In this document: positions 39,601 through 52,504 of the stretch, piece by piece
Numbering within the stretch: position 1 is the first letter of the stretch
Layout: the number at the start of each line of letters is the position of its first letter
NCBI GenBank assembly: GCA_964016885.1
Contig: OZ024740.1
Coordinates: 12,462,001 to 12,526,000 of the forward strand
Reading direction: 5' to 3'
DNA: 64,000 nucleotides
Source of the DNA: Eledone cirrhosa
Taxonomy: Eukaryota
The notes under the pieces: generated by a model
Databases searched by the model: none
What the model was told of the DNA's origin: nothing
What the model saw: the letters and a program-made list of their open reading frames with translations, nothing else
Translations under genes and position numbers: made by a program

Positions 39601-42600
39601 CTTGTCTCTAGTCTAATATCTTGTCTCTAGTCTAATGTCTCTAATCTAATGTCTTGTCTCTAGTCTAATGTCTCTAGTCTAATGTCTTGTCTCTAGTCTA
39701 ATGTCTTGTCTCTAGTCTAATGTCTCTAGTCTAATGTCTTGTCTCTAGTCTAATGTCTGTATACTAATGTCTTGTCTCTAGTCTAATGTCTCTAGTCTAA
39801 TGTCTTGTCTCTAGTCTAATATCTTGTCTCTCGTCTAATGTCTCTAATCTAATGTCTTGTCTCTAGTCTAATGTCTCTAGTCTAATGTCTTGTCTCTAGT
39901 CTAATGTCTTGTCTCTAGTCTAATGTCTCTAGTCTAATATCTTGTCTCTAGTCTAATGTCTCTAGTCTAATGTCTAGTCTCTAGTCTAATGTCTCTAGTC
40001 TAACGTCTTGTCTCTAGTCTAATATCTTGTCTCTAGTCTAATGTCTCTAGTCTAATGTCTTGTCTCTAGTCTAATGTCTTGTCTCTAGTCTAACGTCTTG
40101 TCTCTAGTCTAATGTCTCTAGTCTAATGTCTCTAGTGTAATGTCTTGTCTCTAGTCTAATGTCTTGTCTCAAATCTAATGTCTTGTCTCTAGTCTAATGT
40201 CTCTAGTCTAATGTCTTGTCTCTAGTCTAATGTCTTGTCTCAAATCTAATGTCTTGTCTCTAGTCTAATGTCTCTAGTCTAATGTCTTGTCTCTAGTCTA
40301 ATATCTTGTCTCTAGTCTAATGTCTTGTCTCTAGTCTAATGTCTCTAGTCTAATGTCTTGTCTCTAGTCTAACGTCTTGTCTCTAGTCTAATGTCTCTAG
40401 TGTAATGTCTTGTCTCTAGTCTAATGTCTTGTCTCTAGTCTAACGTCTTGTATCTAGTCTAATGTCTCTAGTCTAATGTCTTGTCTCTAGTCTAATATCT
40501 TGTCTCTAGTCTAATGTCTCTAGTCTAATGTCTTGTCTCTAGTCTAATGTCTCTAGTCTAATGTCTTGTCACTAGTCTAATGTCTTGTCTCTAGTCTAAT
40601 GTCTCTAGTCTAATATCTTGTCTCTAGTCTAATGTCTCTTGTCTAATGTCTTGTCTCTAGTCTAATGTCTCTAGTCTAATGTCTTGTCTCTAGACTAATG
40701 TCTCTAGTCTAATGTCTTGTCTCTAGTCTAATATCTTGTCTCTAGTCTAATGTCTCTAGTCTAATGTCTTCTCTCTAGTCTAATATCTTGTCTCTAGTCT
40801 AATGTCTCTAGTCTAATGTCTTGTCTCTAGTCTAATATCTTGTCTCTAGTCTAATGACTCTAGTCTAATGTCTTGTGTCTAGTCTAATATCTTGTCTCTA
40901 GTCTAATGTCTCTAGTCTAATGTCTTGTCTCTAGTCTAATGTCTTGTCTCTAGTCTAGTGTCTCTAGTCTAATGTCTTGTCTCTAGTCTAATGTCTTGTC
41001 TCTAGTCTAATATCTTGTCTCTAGTCTAATGTCTTGTCTCTAGTCTAATGTCTCTAGTCTAATGTCTTGTCTCTAGTCTAATGTCTCTAGTCTAATGTCT
41101 TGTCTCTAGTCTAATGTCTTGTCTCTAGTCTAATATCTTGTCTCTAGTCTAATGTCTTGTCTCTAGTCTAATGTCTCTAGTCTAATGTCTTGTCTCTAGT
41201 CTAATGTCTCTAGTCTAATGTCTTGTCTCTAGTCTAATGTCTCTAGTCTAATGTCTTGTTTCTAGTCTAATGTCTCTAGTCTAATGTCTTGTCTCTAGTC
41301 TAATATCTTGTCTCTAGTCTAATGTCTTGTCTCTTGTCTAATGTCTCTAGTCTAATGTCTTGTCTCTAGTCTAACGTCTTGTCTCTAGTCTAATGTCTCT
41401 AGTGTAATGTCTTGTCTCTAGTCTAATGTCTTGTCTCTAGTCTAACGTCTTGTATCTAGTCTAATGTCTCTAGTCTAATATCTTGTCTCTAGTCTAATGT
41501 CTCTAGTCTAATATCGTGTCACTAGTCTAATGTCTCTAGTCTAATATCTTGTCTCTAATCTACCGTCTTGTCTCTAGTCTAATGTCTCTAGTCTAATATC
41601 TTGTCTCTTGTCTAATGTCTCTAGTCTAATATCTTGTCACTAGACTAATGTCTCTAGTCTAATGTCTTGTCTCTAGTCTAATGTCTTGTCTCTAGTCTAA
41701 TGTCTCTAGTCTAATGTCTTGTCTCTAGTCTAATATCTTCTCTCTAGTCTAATGTCTTGTCTCTAGTCTAATGTCTCTAGTCTAATGTCTTGTTTCTAGT
41801 CTAATGTCTCTAGTCTAATGTCTTGTCTCTAGTCTAATATCTTGTCTCTAGTCTAATGTCTTGTCTCTAGTCTAATGTCTCTAGTCTAATGTCTCTAGTC
41901 TAATATCTTGTCTCTAGTCTAATGTCTCTAGTCTAATGTCTAGTCTCTAGTCTAATGTCTCTAGTCTAACGTCTTGTCTCTAGTCTAATATCTTGTCTCT
42001 AGTCTAATGTCTCTAGTCTAATGTCTTGTCTCTAGTCTAATGTCTTGTCTCTAGTCTAACGTCTTGTCTCTAGTCTAATGTCTCTAGTCTAATGTCTCTA
42101 GTGTAATGTCTTGTCTCTAGTCTAATGTCTTGTCTCAAATCTAATGTCTTGTCTCTAGTCTAATGTCTCTAGTCTAATGTCTTGTCTCTAGTCTAATATC
42201 TTGTCTCTAGTCTAATGTCTTGTCTCTAGTCTAATGTCTCTAGTCTAATGACTTGTCTCTAGTCTAACGTCTTGTCTCTAGTCTAATGTCTCTAGTGTAA
42301 TGTCTTGTCTCTAGTCTAATGTCTTGTCTCTAGTCTAACGTCTTGTATCTAGTCTAATGTCTCTAGTCTAATGTCTTGTCTCTAGTCTAATATCTTGTCT
42401 CTAGTCTAATGTCACTAGACTAATGTCTTGTCTCTAGTCTAATGTCTCTAGTCTAATGTCTTGTCACTAGTCTAATGTCTTGTCTCTAGTCTAATGTCTC
42501 TAGTCTAATATCTTGTCTCTAGTCTAATGTCTCTTGTCTAATGTCTTGTCTCTAGTCTAATGTCTCTAGTCTAATGTCTTGTCTCTAGACTAATGTCTCT

Positions 42601-43760
42601 AGTCTAATGTCTTGTCTCTAGTCTAATATCTTGTCTCTAGTCTAATGTCTCTAGTCTAATGTCTTCTCTCTAGTCTAATATCTTGTCTCTAGTCTAATGT
42701 CTCTAGTCTAATGTCTTGTCTCTAGTCTAATATCTTGTCTCTAGTCTAATGACTCTAGTCTAATGTCTTGTGTCTAGTCTAATATCTTGTCTCTAGTCTA
42801 ATGTCTCTAGTCTAATGTCTTGTCTCTAGTCTAATGTCTTGTCTCTAGTCTAGTGTCTCTAGTCTAATGTCTTGTCTCTAGTCTAATGTCTTGTCTCTAG
42901 TCTAATATCTTGTCTCTAGTCTAATGTCTTGTCTCTAGTCTAATGTCTCTAGTCTAATGTCTTGTCTCTAGTCTAATGTCTCTAGTCTAATGTCTTGTCT
43001 CTAGTCTAATGTCTTGTCTCTAGTCTAATATCTTGTCTCTAGTCTAATGTCTTGTCTCTAGTCTAATGTCTCTAGTCTAATGTCTTGTCTCTAGTCTAAT
43101 GTCTCTAGTCTAATGTCTTGTCTCTAGTCTAATATCTTGTCTCTAGTCTAATGTCTCTAATCTAATGTCTTGTCTCTAGTCTAATGTCTCTAGTCTAATG
43201 TCTTGTCTCTAGTCTAATGTCTTGTCTCTAGTCTAATGTCTCTAGTCTAATGTCTTGTCTCTAGTCTAATGTCTGTATACTAATGTCTTGTCTCTAGTCT
43301 AATGTCTCTAGTCTAATGTCTTGTCTCTAGTCTAATATCTTGTCTCTAGTCTAATGTCTCTAATCTAATGTCTTGTCTCTAGTCTAATGTCTCTAGTCTA
43401 ATGTCTTGTCTCTAGTCTAATGTCTTGTCTCTAGTCTAATGTCTCTAGTCTAATATCTTGTCTCTAGTCTAATGTCTCTAGTCTAATGTCTAGTCTCTAG
43501 TCTAATGTCTCTAGTCTAACGTCTTGTCTCTAGTCTAATATCTTGTCTCTAGTCTAATGTCTCTAGTCTAATGTCTTGTCTCTAGTCTAATGTCTTGTCT
43601 CTAGTCTAACGTCTTGTCTCTAGTCTAATGTCTCTAGTCTAATGTCTCTAGTGTAATGTCTTGTCTCTAGTCTAATGTCTTGTCTCAAATCTAATGTCTT
43701 GTCTCTAGTCTAATGTCTCTAGTCTAATGTCTTGTCTCTAGTCTAATATCTTGTCTCTAG
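36630..43760. repeat. Older ~3.5-3.6-kb duplication underlying the 7188-bp unit
   Basis: TCTCTAGACT at 37081/40687 and TACCGTC at 37955/41561 (offset 3606). AATGACTTG at 38731/42247 and GTCTGTATAC at 39755/43271 (offset 3516). Confidence 0.85.
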
Positions 43761-46700
43761 TCTAATGTCTTGTCTCTAGTCTAATGTCTCTAGTCTAATG
43801 TCTTGTTTCTAGTCTAATGTCTCTAGTCTAATGTCTTGTCTCTAGTCTAATATCTTGTCTCTAGTCTAATGTCTTGTCTCTAGTCTAATGTCTCTAGTCT
43901 AATGTCTTGTCTCTAGTATAACGTCTTGTCTCTAGTCTAATGTCTCTAGTGTAATGTCTTGTCTCTAGTCTAATGTCTTGTCTCTAGTCTAACGTCTTGT
44001 ATCTAGTCTAATGTCTCTAGTCTAATATCTTGTCTCTAGTCTAATGTCTCTAGTCTAATATCGTGTCACTAGTCTAATGTCTCTAGTCTAATATCTTGTC
44101 TCTAGTCTACCGTCTTGTCTCTAGTCTAATGTCTCTAGTCTAATATCTTTTCTCTTGTCTAATGTCTCTAGTCTAATATCTTGTCACTAGACTAATGTCT
44201 CTAGTCTAATGTCTTGTCTCTAGTCTAATGTCTTGTCTCTAGTCTAATGTCTCTAGTCTAATGTCTTGTCTCTAGTCTAATATCTTGTCTCTAGTCTAAT
44301 GTCTTGTCTCTAGTCTAATGTCTCTAGTCTAATGTCTTGTTTCTAGTCTAATGTCTCTAGTCTAATGTCTTGTCTCTAGTCTAATGTCTCTAGTCTAATG
44401 TCTTGTCTCTAGTCTAATGTCTTGTCTCTAGTCTAATGTCTTGTCTCTAGTCTAATGTCTTGTCTCTAGTCTAATGTCTTGTCTCTAGTCTAATGTCTCT
44501 AGTCTAATGTCTTGTCTCTAGTCTAATGTCTCTATTCTAATGTCTTGTCTCTAGTCTAATGTCTCTAGTCTAATATCTTGTCTCTAGTCTAATGTCTCTA
44601 ATCTAATGTCTTGTCTCTAGTCTAATGTCTTGTCTCTAGTCTAATGTCTTGTCTCTAGTCTAATGTCTCTAGTCTAATATCTTGTCTCTAGTCTAATGTC
44701 TCTAGTCTAATGTCTAGTCTCTAGTCTAATGTCTCTAGTCTAACGTCTTGTCTCTAGTCTAATATCTTGTCTCTAGTCTAATGTCTCTAGTCTAATGTCT
44801 TGTCTCTAGTCTAATGTCTTGTCTCTAGTCTAACGTCTTGTCTCTAGTCTAATGTCTCTAGTCTAATGTCTCTAGTGTAATGTCTTGTCTCTAGTCTAAT
44901 GTCTTGTCTCAAATCTAATGTCTTGTCTCTAGTCTAATGTCTCTAGTCTAATGTCTTGTCTCTAGTCTAATATCTTGTCTCTAGTCTAATGTCTTGTCTC
45001 TAGTCTAATGTCTCTAGTCTAATGTCTTGTTTCTAGTCTAATGTAGCTAGTCTAATGTCTTGTCTCTAGTCTAATATCTTGTCTCTAGTCTAATGTCTTG
45101 TCTCTAGTCTAATGTCTCTAGTCTAATGTCTTGTCTCTAGTCTAACGTCTTGTCTCTAGTCTAATGTCTCTAGTGTAATGTCTTGTCTCTAGTCTAATGT
45201 CTTGTCTCTAGTCTAACGTCTTGTAACTAGTCTAATGTCTCTAGTCTAATATCTTGTCTCTAGTCTAATGTCTCTAGTCTAATATCGTGTCACTAGTCTA
45301 ATGTCTCTAGTCTAATGTCTTGTCTCTAGTCTAATATCTTCTCTCTAGTCTAATGTCTTGTCTCTAGTCTAATGTCTCTAGTCTAATGTCTTGTTTCTAG
45401 TCTAATGTCTCTAGTCTAATGTCTTGTCTCTAGTCTAATATCTTGTCTCTAGTCTAATGTCTTGTCTCTAGTCTAATGTCTCTAGTCTAATGTCTCTAGT
45501 CTAATATCTTGTCTCTAGTCTAATGTCTCTAGTCTAATGTCTAGTCTCTAGTCTAATGTCTCTAGTCTAACGTCTTGTCTCTAGTCTAATATCTTGTCTC
45601 TAGTCTAATGTCTCTAGTCTAATGTCTTGTCTCTAGTCTAATGTCTTGTCTCTAGTCTAACGTCTTGTCTCTAGTCTAATGTCTCTAGTCTAATGTCTCT
45701 AGTCTAACGTCTTGTCTCTAGTCTAATATCTTGTCTCTAGTCTAATGTCTCTAGTCTAATGTCTTGTCTCTAGTCTAATGTCTTGTCTCTAGTCTAATGT
45801 CTTGTCTCAAATCTAATGTCTTGTCTCTAGTCTAATGTCTCTAGTCTAATGTCTTGTCTCTAGTCTAATATCTTGTCTCTAGTCTAATGTCTTGTCTCTA
45901 GTCTAATGTCTCTAGTCTAATGACTTGTCTCTAGTCTAACGTCTTGTCTCTAGTCTAATGTCTCTAGTGTAATGTCTTGTCTCTAGTCTAATGTCTTGTC
46001 TCTAGTCTAACGTCTTGTATCTAGTCTAATGTCTCTAGTCTAATGTCTTGTCTCTAGTCTAATATCTTGTCTCTAGTCTAATGTCTCTAGACTAATGTCT
46101 TGTCTCTAGTCTAATGTCTCTAGTCTAATGTCTTGTCACTAGTCTAATGTCTTGTCTCTAGTCTAATGTCTCTAGTCTAATATCTTGTCTCTAGTCTAAT
46201 GTCTCTTGTCTAATGTCTTGTCTCTAGTCTAATGTCTCTAGTCTAATGTCTTGTCTCTAGACTAATGACTCTAGTCTAATGTCTTGTCTCTAGTCTAATA
46301 TCTTGTCTCTAGTCTAATGTCTCTAGTCTAATGTCTTCTCTCTAGTCTAATATCTTGTCTCTAGTCTAATGTCTCTAGTCTAATGTCTTGTCTCTAGTCT
46401 AATATCTTGTCTCTAGTCTAATGACTCTAGTCTAATGTCTTGTGTCTAGTCTAATATCTTGTCTCTAGTCTAATGTCTCTAGTCTAATGTCTTGTCTCTA
46501 GTCTAATGTCTTGTCTCTAGTCTAGTGTCTCTAGTCTAATGTCTTGTCTCTAGTCTAATGTCTTGTCTCTAGTCTAATATCTTGTCTCTAGTCTAATGTC
46601 TTGTCTCTAGTCTAATGTCTCTAGTCTAATGTCTTGTCTCTAGTCTAATGTCTCTAGTCTAATGTCTTGTCTCTAGTCTAATGTCTTGTCTCTAGTCTAA

Positions 46701-49700
46701 TATCTTGTCTCTAGTCTAATGTCTTGTCTCTAGTCTAATGTCTCTAGTCTAATGTCTTGTCTCTAGTCTAATGTCTCTAGTCTAATGTCTTGTCTCTAGT
46801 CTAATATCTTGTCTCTAGTCTAATGTCTCTAATCTAATGTCTTGTCTCTAGTCTAATGTCTCTAGTCTAATGTCTTGTCTCTAGTCTAATGTCTTGTCTC
46901 TAGTCTAATGTCTCTAGTCTAATGTCTTGTCTCTAGTCTAATGTCTGTATACTAATGTCTTGTCTCTAGTCTAATGTCTCTAGTCTAATGTCTTGTCTCT
47001 AGTCTAATATCTTGTCTCTCGTCTAATGTCTCTAATCTAATGTCTTGTCTCTAGTCTAATGTCTCTAGTCTAATGTCTTGTCTCTAGTCTAATGTCTTGT
47101 CTCTAGTCTAATGTCTCTAGTCTAATATCTTGTCTCTAGTCTAATGTCTCTAGTCTAATGTCTAGTCTCTAGTCTAATGTCTCTAGTCTAACGTCTTGTC
47201 TCTAGTCTAATATCTTGTCTCTAGTCTAATGTCTCTAGTCTAATGTCTTGTCTCTAGTCTAATGTCTTGTCTCTAGTCTAACGTCTTGTCTCTAGTCTAA
47301 TGTCTCTAGTCTAATGTCTCTAGTGTAATGTCTTGTCTCTAGTCTAATGTCTTGTCTCAAATCTAATGTCTTGTCTCTAGTCTAATGTCTCTAGTCTAAT
47401 GTCTTGTCTCTAGTCTAATGTCTTGTCTCAAATCTAATGTCTTGTCTCTAGTCTAATGTCTCTAGTCTAATGTCTTGTCTCTAGTCTAATATCTTGTCTC
47501 TAGTCTAATGTCTTGTCTCTAGTCTAATGTCTCTAGTCTAATGTCTTGTCTCTAGTCTAACGTCTTGTCTCTAGTCTAATGTCTCTAGTGTAATGTCTTG
47601 TCTCTAGTCTAATGTCTTGTCTCTAGTCTAACGTCTTGTATCTAGTCTAATGTCTCTAGTCTAATGTCTTGTCTCTAGTCTAATATCTTGTCTCTAGTCT
47701 AATGTCTCTAGTCTAATGTCTTGTCTCTAGTCTAATGTCTCTAGTCTAATGTCTTGTCACTAGTCTAATGTCTTGTCTCTAGTCTAATGTCTCTAGTCTA
47801 ATATCTTGTCTCTAGTCTAATGTCTCTTGTCTAATGTCTTGTCTCTAGTCTAATGTCTCTAGTCTAATGTCTTGTCTCTAGACTAATGTCTCTAGTCTAA
47901 TGTCTTGTCTCTAGTCTAATATCTTGTCTCTAGTCTAATGTCTCTAGTCTAATGTCTTCTCTCTAGTCTAATATCTTGTCTCTAGTCTAATGTCTCTAGT
48001 CTAATGTCTTGTCTCTAGTCTAATATCTTGTCTCTAGTCTAATGACTCTAGTCTAATGTCTTGTGTCTAGTCTAATATCTTGTCTCTAGTCTAATGTCTC
48101 TAGTCTAATGTCTTGTCTCTAGTCTAATGTCTTGTCTCTAGTCTAGTGTCTCTAGTCTAATGTCTTGTCTCTAGTCTAATGTCTTGTCTCTAGTCTAATA
48201 TCTTGTCTCTAGTCTAATGTCTTGTCTCTAGTCTAATGTCTCTAGTCTAATGTCTTGTCTCTAGTCTAATGTCTCTAGTCTAATGTCTTGTCTCTAGTCT
48301 AATGTCTTGTCTCTAGTCTAATATCTTGTCTCTAGTCTAATGTCTTGTCTCTAGTCTAATGTCTCTAGTCTAATGTCTTGTCTCTAGTCTAATGTCTCTA
48401 GTCTAATGTCTTGTCTCTAGTCTAATGTCTCTAGTCTAATGTCTTGTTTCTAGTCTAATGTCTCTAGTCTAATGTCTTGTCTCTAGTCTAATATCTTGTC
48501 TCTAGTCTAATGTCTTGTCTCTTGTCTAATGTCTCTAGTCTAATGTCTTGTCTCTAGTCTAACGTCTTGTCTCTAGTCTAATGTCTCTAGTGTAATGTCT
48601 TGTCTCTAGTCTAATGTCTTGTCTCTAGTCTAACGTCTTGTATCTAGTCTAATGTCTCTAGTCTAATATCTTGTCTCTAGTCTAATGTCTCTAGTCTAAT
48701 ATCGTGTCACTAGTCTAATGTCTCTAGTCTAATATCTTGTCTCTAATCTACCGTCTTGTCTCTAGTCTAATGTCTCTAGTCTAATATCTTGTCTCTTGTC
48801 TAATGTCTCTAGTCTAATATCTTGTCACTAGACTAATGTCTCTAGTCTAATGTCTTGTCTCTAGTCTAATGTCTTGTCTCTAGTCTAATGTCTCTAGTCT
48901 AATGTCTTGTCTCTAGTCTAATATCTTCTCTCTAGTCTAATGTCTTGTCTCTAGTCTAATGTCTCTAGTCTAATGTCTTGTTTCTAGTCTAATGTCTCTA
49001 GTCTAATGTCTTGTCTCTAGTCTAATATCTTGTCTCTAGTCTAATGTCTTGTCTCTAGTCTAATGTCTCTAGTCTAATGTCTCTAGTCTAATATCTTGTC
49101 TCTAGTCTAATGTCTCTAGTCTAATGTCTAGTCTCTAGTCTAATGTCTCTAGTCTAACGTCTTGTCTCTAGTCTAATATCTTGTCTCTAGTCTAATGTCT
49201 CTAGTCTAATGTCTTGTCTCTAGTCTAATGTCTTGTCTCTAGTCTAACGTCTTGTCTCTAGTCTAATGTCTCTAGTCTAATGTCTCTAGTGTAATGTCTT
49301 GTCTCTAGTCTAATGTCTTGTCTCAAATCTAATGTCTTGTCTCTAGTCTAATGTCTCTAGTCTAATGTCTTGTCTCTAGTCTAATATCTTGTCTCTAGTC
49401 TAATGTCTTGTCTCTAGTCTAATGTCTCTAGTCTAATGACTTGTCTCTAGTCTAACGTCTTGTCTCTAGTCTAATGTCTCTAGTGTAATGTCTTGTCTCT
49501 AGTCTAATGTCTTGTCTCTAGTCTAACGTCTTGTATCTAGTCTAATGTCTCTAGTCTAATGTCTTGTCTCTAGTCTAATATCTTGTCTCTAGTCTAATGT
49601 CTCTAGACTAATGTCTTGTCTCTAGTCTAATGTCTCTAGTCTAATGTCTTGTCACTAGTCTAATGTCTTGTCTCTAGTCTAATGTCTCTAGTCTAATATC

Positions 49701-52504
49701 TTGTCTCTAGTCTAATGTCTCTTGTCTAATGTCTTGTCTCTAGTCTAATGTCTCTAGTCTAATGTCTTGTCTCTAGACTAATGTCTCTAGTCTAATGTCT
49801 TGTCTCTAGTCTAATATCTTGTCTCTAGTCTAATGTCTCTAGTCTAATGTCTTCTCTCTAGTCTAATATCTTGTCTCTAGTCTAATGTCTCTAGTCTAAT
49901 GTCTTGTCTCTAGTCTAATATCTTGTCTCTAGTCTAATGACTCTAGTCTAATGTCTTGTGTCTAGTCTAATATCTTGTCTCTAGTCTAATGTCTCTAGTC
50001 TAATGTCTTGTCTCTAGTCTAATGTCTTGTCTCTAGTCTAGTGTCTCTAGTCTAATGTCTTGTCTCTAGTCTAATGTCTTGTCTCTAGTCTAATATCTTG
50101 TCTCTAGTCTAATGTCTTGTCTCTAGTCTAATGTCTCTAGTCTAATGTCTTGTCTCTAGTCTAATGTCTCTAGTCTAATGTCTTGTCTCTAGTCTAATGT
50201 CTTGTCTCTAGTCTAATATCTTGTCTCTAGTCTAATGTCTTGTCTCTAGTCTAATGTCTCTAGTCTAATGTCTTGTCTCTAGTCTAATGTCTCTAGTCTA
50301 ATGTCTTGTCTCTAGTCTAATATCTTGTCTCTAGTCTAATGTCTCTAATCTAATGTCTTGTCTCTAGTCTAATGTCTCTAGTCTAATGTCTTGTCTCTAG
50401 TCTAATGTCTTGTCTCTAGTCTAATGTCTCTAGTCTAATGTCTTGTCTCTAGTCTAATGTCTGTATACTAATGTCTTGTCTCTAGTCTAATGTCTCTAGT
50501 CTAATGTCTTGTCTCTAGTCTAATATCTTGTCTCTAGTCTAATGTCTCTAATCTAATGTCTTGTCTCTAGTCTAATGTCTCTAGTCTAATGTCTTGTCTC
50601 TAGTCTAATGTCTTGTCTCTAGTCTAATGTCTCTAGTCTAATATCTTGTCTCTAGTCTAATGTCTCTAGTCTAATGTCTAGTCTCTAGTCTAATGTCTCT
50701 AGTCTAACGTCTTGTCTCTAGTCTAATATCTTGTCTCTAGTCTAATGTCTCTAGTCTAATGTCTTGTCTCTAGTCTAATGTCTTGTCTCTAGTCTAACGT
50801 CTTGTCTCTAGTCTAATGTCTCTAGTCTAATGTCTCTAGTGTAATGTCTTGTCTCTAGTCTAATGTCTTGTCTCAAATCTAATGTCTTGTCTCTAGTCTA
50901 ATGTCTCTAGTCTAATGTCTTGTCTCTAGTCTAATATCTTGTCTCTAGTCTAATGTCTTGTCTCTAGTCTAATGTCTCTAGTCTAATGTCTTGTTTCTAG
51001 TCTAATGTCTCTAGTCTAATGTCTTGTCTCTAGTCTAATATCTTGTCTCTAGTCTAATGTCTTGTCTCTAGTCTAATGTCTCTAGTCTAATGTCTTGTCT
51101 CTAGTATAACGTCTTGTCTCTAGTCTAATGTCTCTAGTGTAATGTCTTGTCTCTAGTCTAATGTCTTGTCTCTAGTCTAACGTCTTGTATCTAGTCTAAT
51201 GTCTCTAGTCTAATATCTTGTCTCTAGTCTAATGTCTCTAGTCTAATATCGTGTCACTAGTCTAATGTCTCTAGTCTAATATCTTGTCTCTAGTCTACCG
51301 TCTTGTCTCTAGTCTAATGTCTCTAGTCTAATATCTTGTCTCTTGTCTAATGTCTCTAGTCTAATATCTTGTCACTAGACTAATGTCTCTAGTCTAATGT
51401 CTTGTCTCTAGTCTAATGTCTTGTCTCTAGTCTAATGTCTCTAGTCTAATGTCTTGTCTCTAGTCTAATATCTTGTCTCTAGTCTAATGTCTTGTCTCTA
51501 GTCTAATGTCTCTAGTCTAATGTCTTGTTTCTAGTCTAATGTCTCTAGTCTAATGTCTTGTCTCTAGTCTAATGTCTCTAGTCTAATGTCTTGTCTCTAG
51601 TCTAATGTCTTGTCTCTAGTCTAATGTCTTGTCTCTAGTCTAATGTCTTGTCTCTAGTCTAATGTCTTGTCTCTAGTCTAATGTCTCTAGTCTAATGTCT
51701 TGTCTCTAGTCTAATGTCTCTATTCTAATGTCTTGTCTCTAGTCTAATGTCTCTAGTCTAATATCTTGTCTCTAGTCTAATGTCTCTAATCTAATGTCTT
51801 GTCTCTAGTCTAATGTCTTGTCTCTAGTCTAATGTCTTGTCTCTAGTCTAATGTCTCTAGTCTAATATCTTGTCTCTAGTCTAATGTCTCTAGTCTAATG
51901 TCTAGTCTCTAGTCTAATGTCTCTAGTCTAACGTCTTGTCTCTAGTCTAATATCTTGTCTCTAGTCTAATGTCTCTAGTCTAATGTCTTGTCTCTAGTCT
52001 AATGTCTTGTCTCTAGTCTAACGTCTTGTCTCTAGTCTAATGTCTCTAGTCTAATGTCTCTAGTGTAATGTCTTGTCTCTAGTCTAATGTCTTGTCTCAA
52101 ATCTAATGTCTTGTCTCTAGTCTAATGTCTCTAGTCTAATGTCTTGTCTCTAGTCTAATATCTTGTCTCTAGTCTAATGTCTTGTCTCTAGTCTAATGTC
52201 TCTAGTCTAATGTCTTGTTTCTAGTCTAATGTAGCTAGTCTAATGTCTTGTCTCTAGTCTAATATCTTGTCTCTAGTCTAATGTCTTGTCTCTAGTCTAA
52301 TGTCTCTAGTCTAATGTCTTGTCTCTAGTCTAACGTCTTGTCTCTAGTCTAATGTCTCTAGTGTAATGTCTTGTCTCTAGTCTAATGTCTTGTCTCTAGT
52401 CTAACGTCTTGTAACTAGTCTAATGTCTCTAGTCTAATATCTTGTCTCTAGTCTAATGTCTCTAGTCTAATATCGTGTCACTAGTCTAATGTCTCTAGTC
52501 TAAT
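38105..52504. repeat. 7188-bp near-perfect tandem duplication (38105-45292 and 45293-52480)
   Basis: GTCTGTATAC at 39755/46943 and 43271/50459; GTAGCTAG at 45043/52231; GTAACTAG at 45223/52411; AGACTAATGAC at 39071/46259. All are offset by exactly 7188. Confidence 0.93.
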
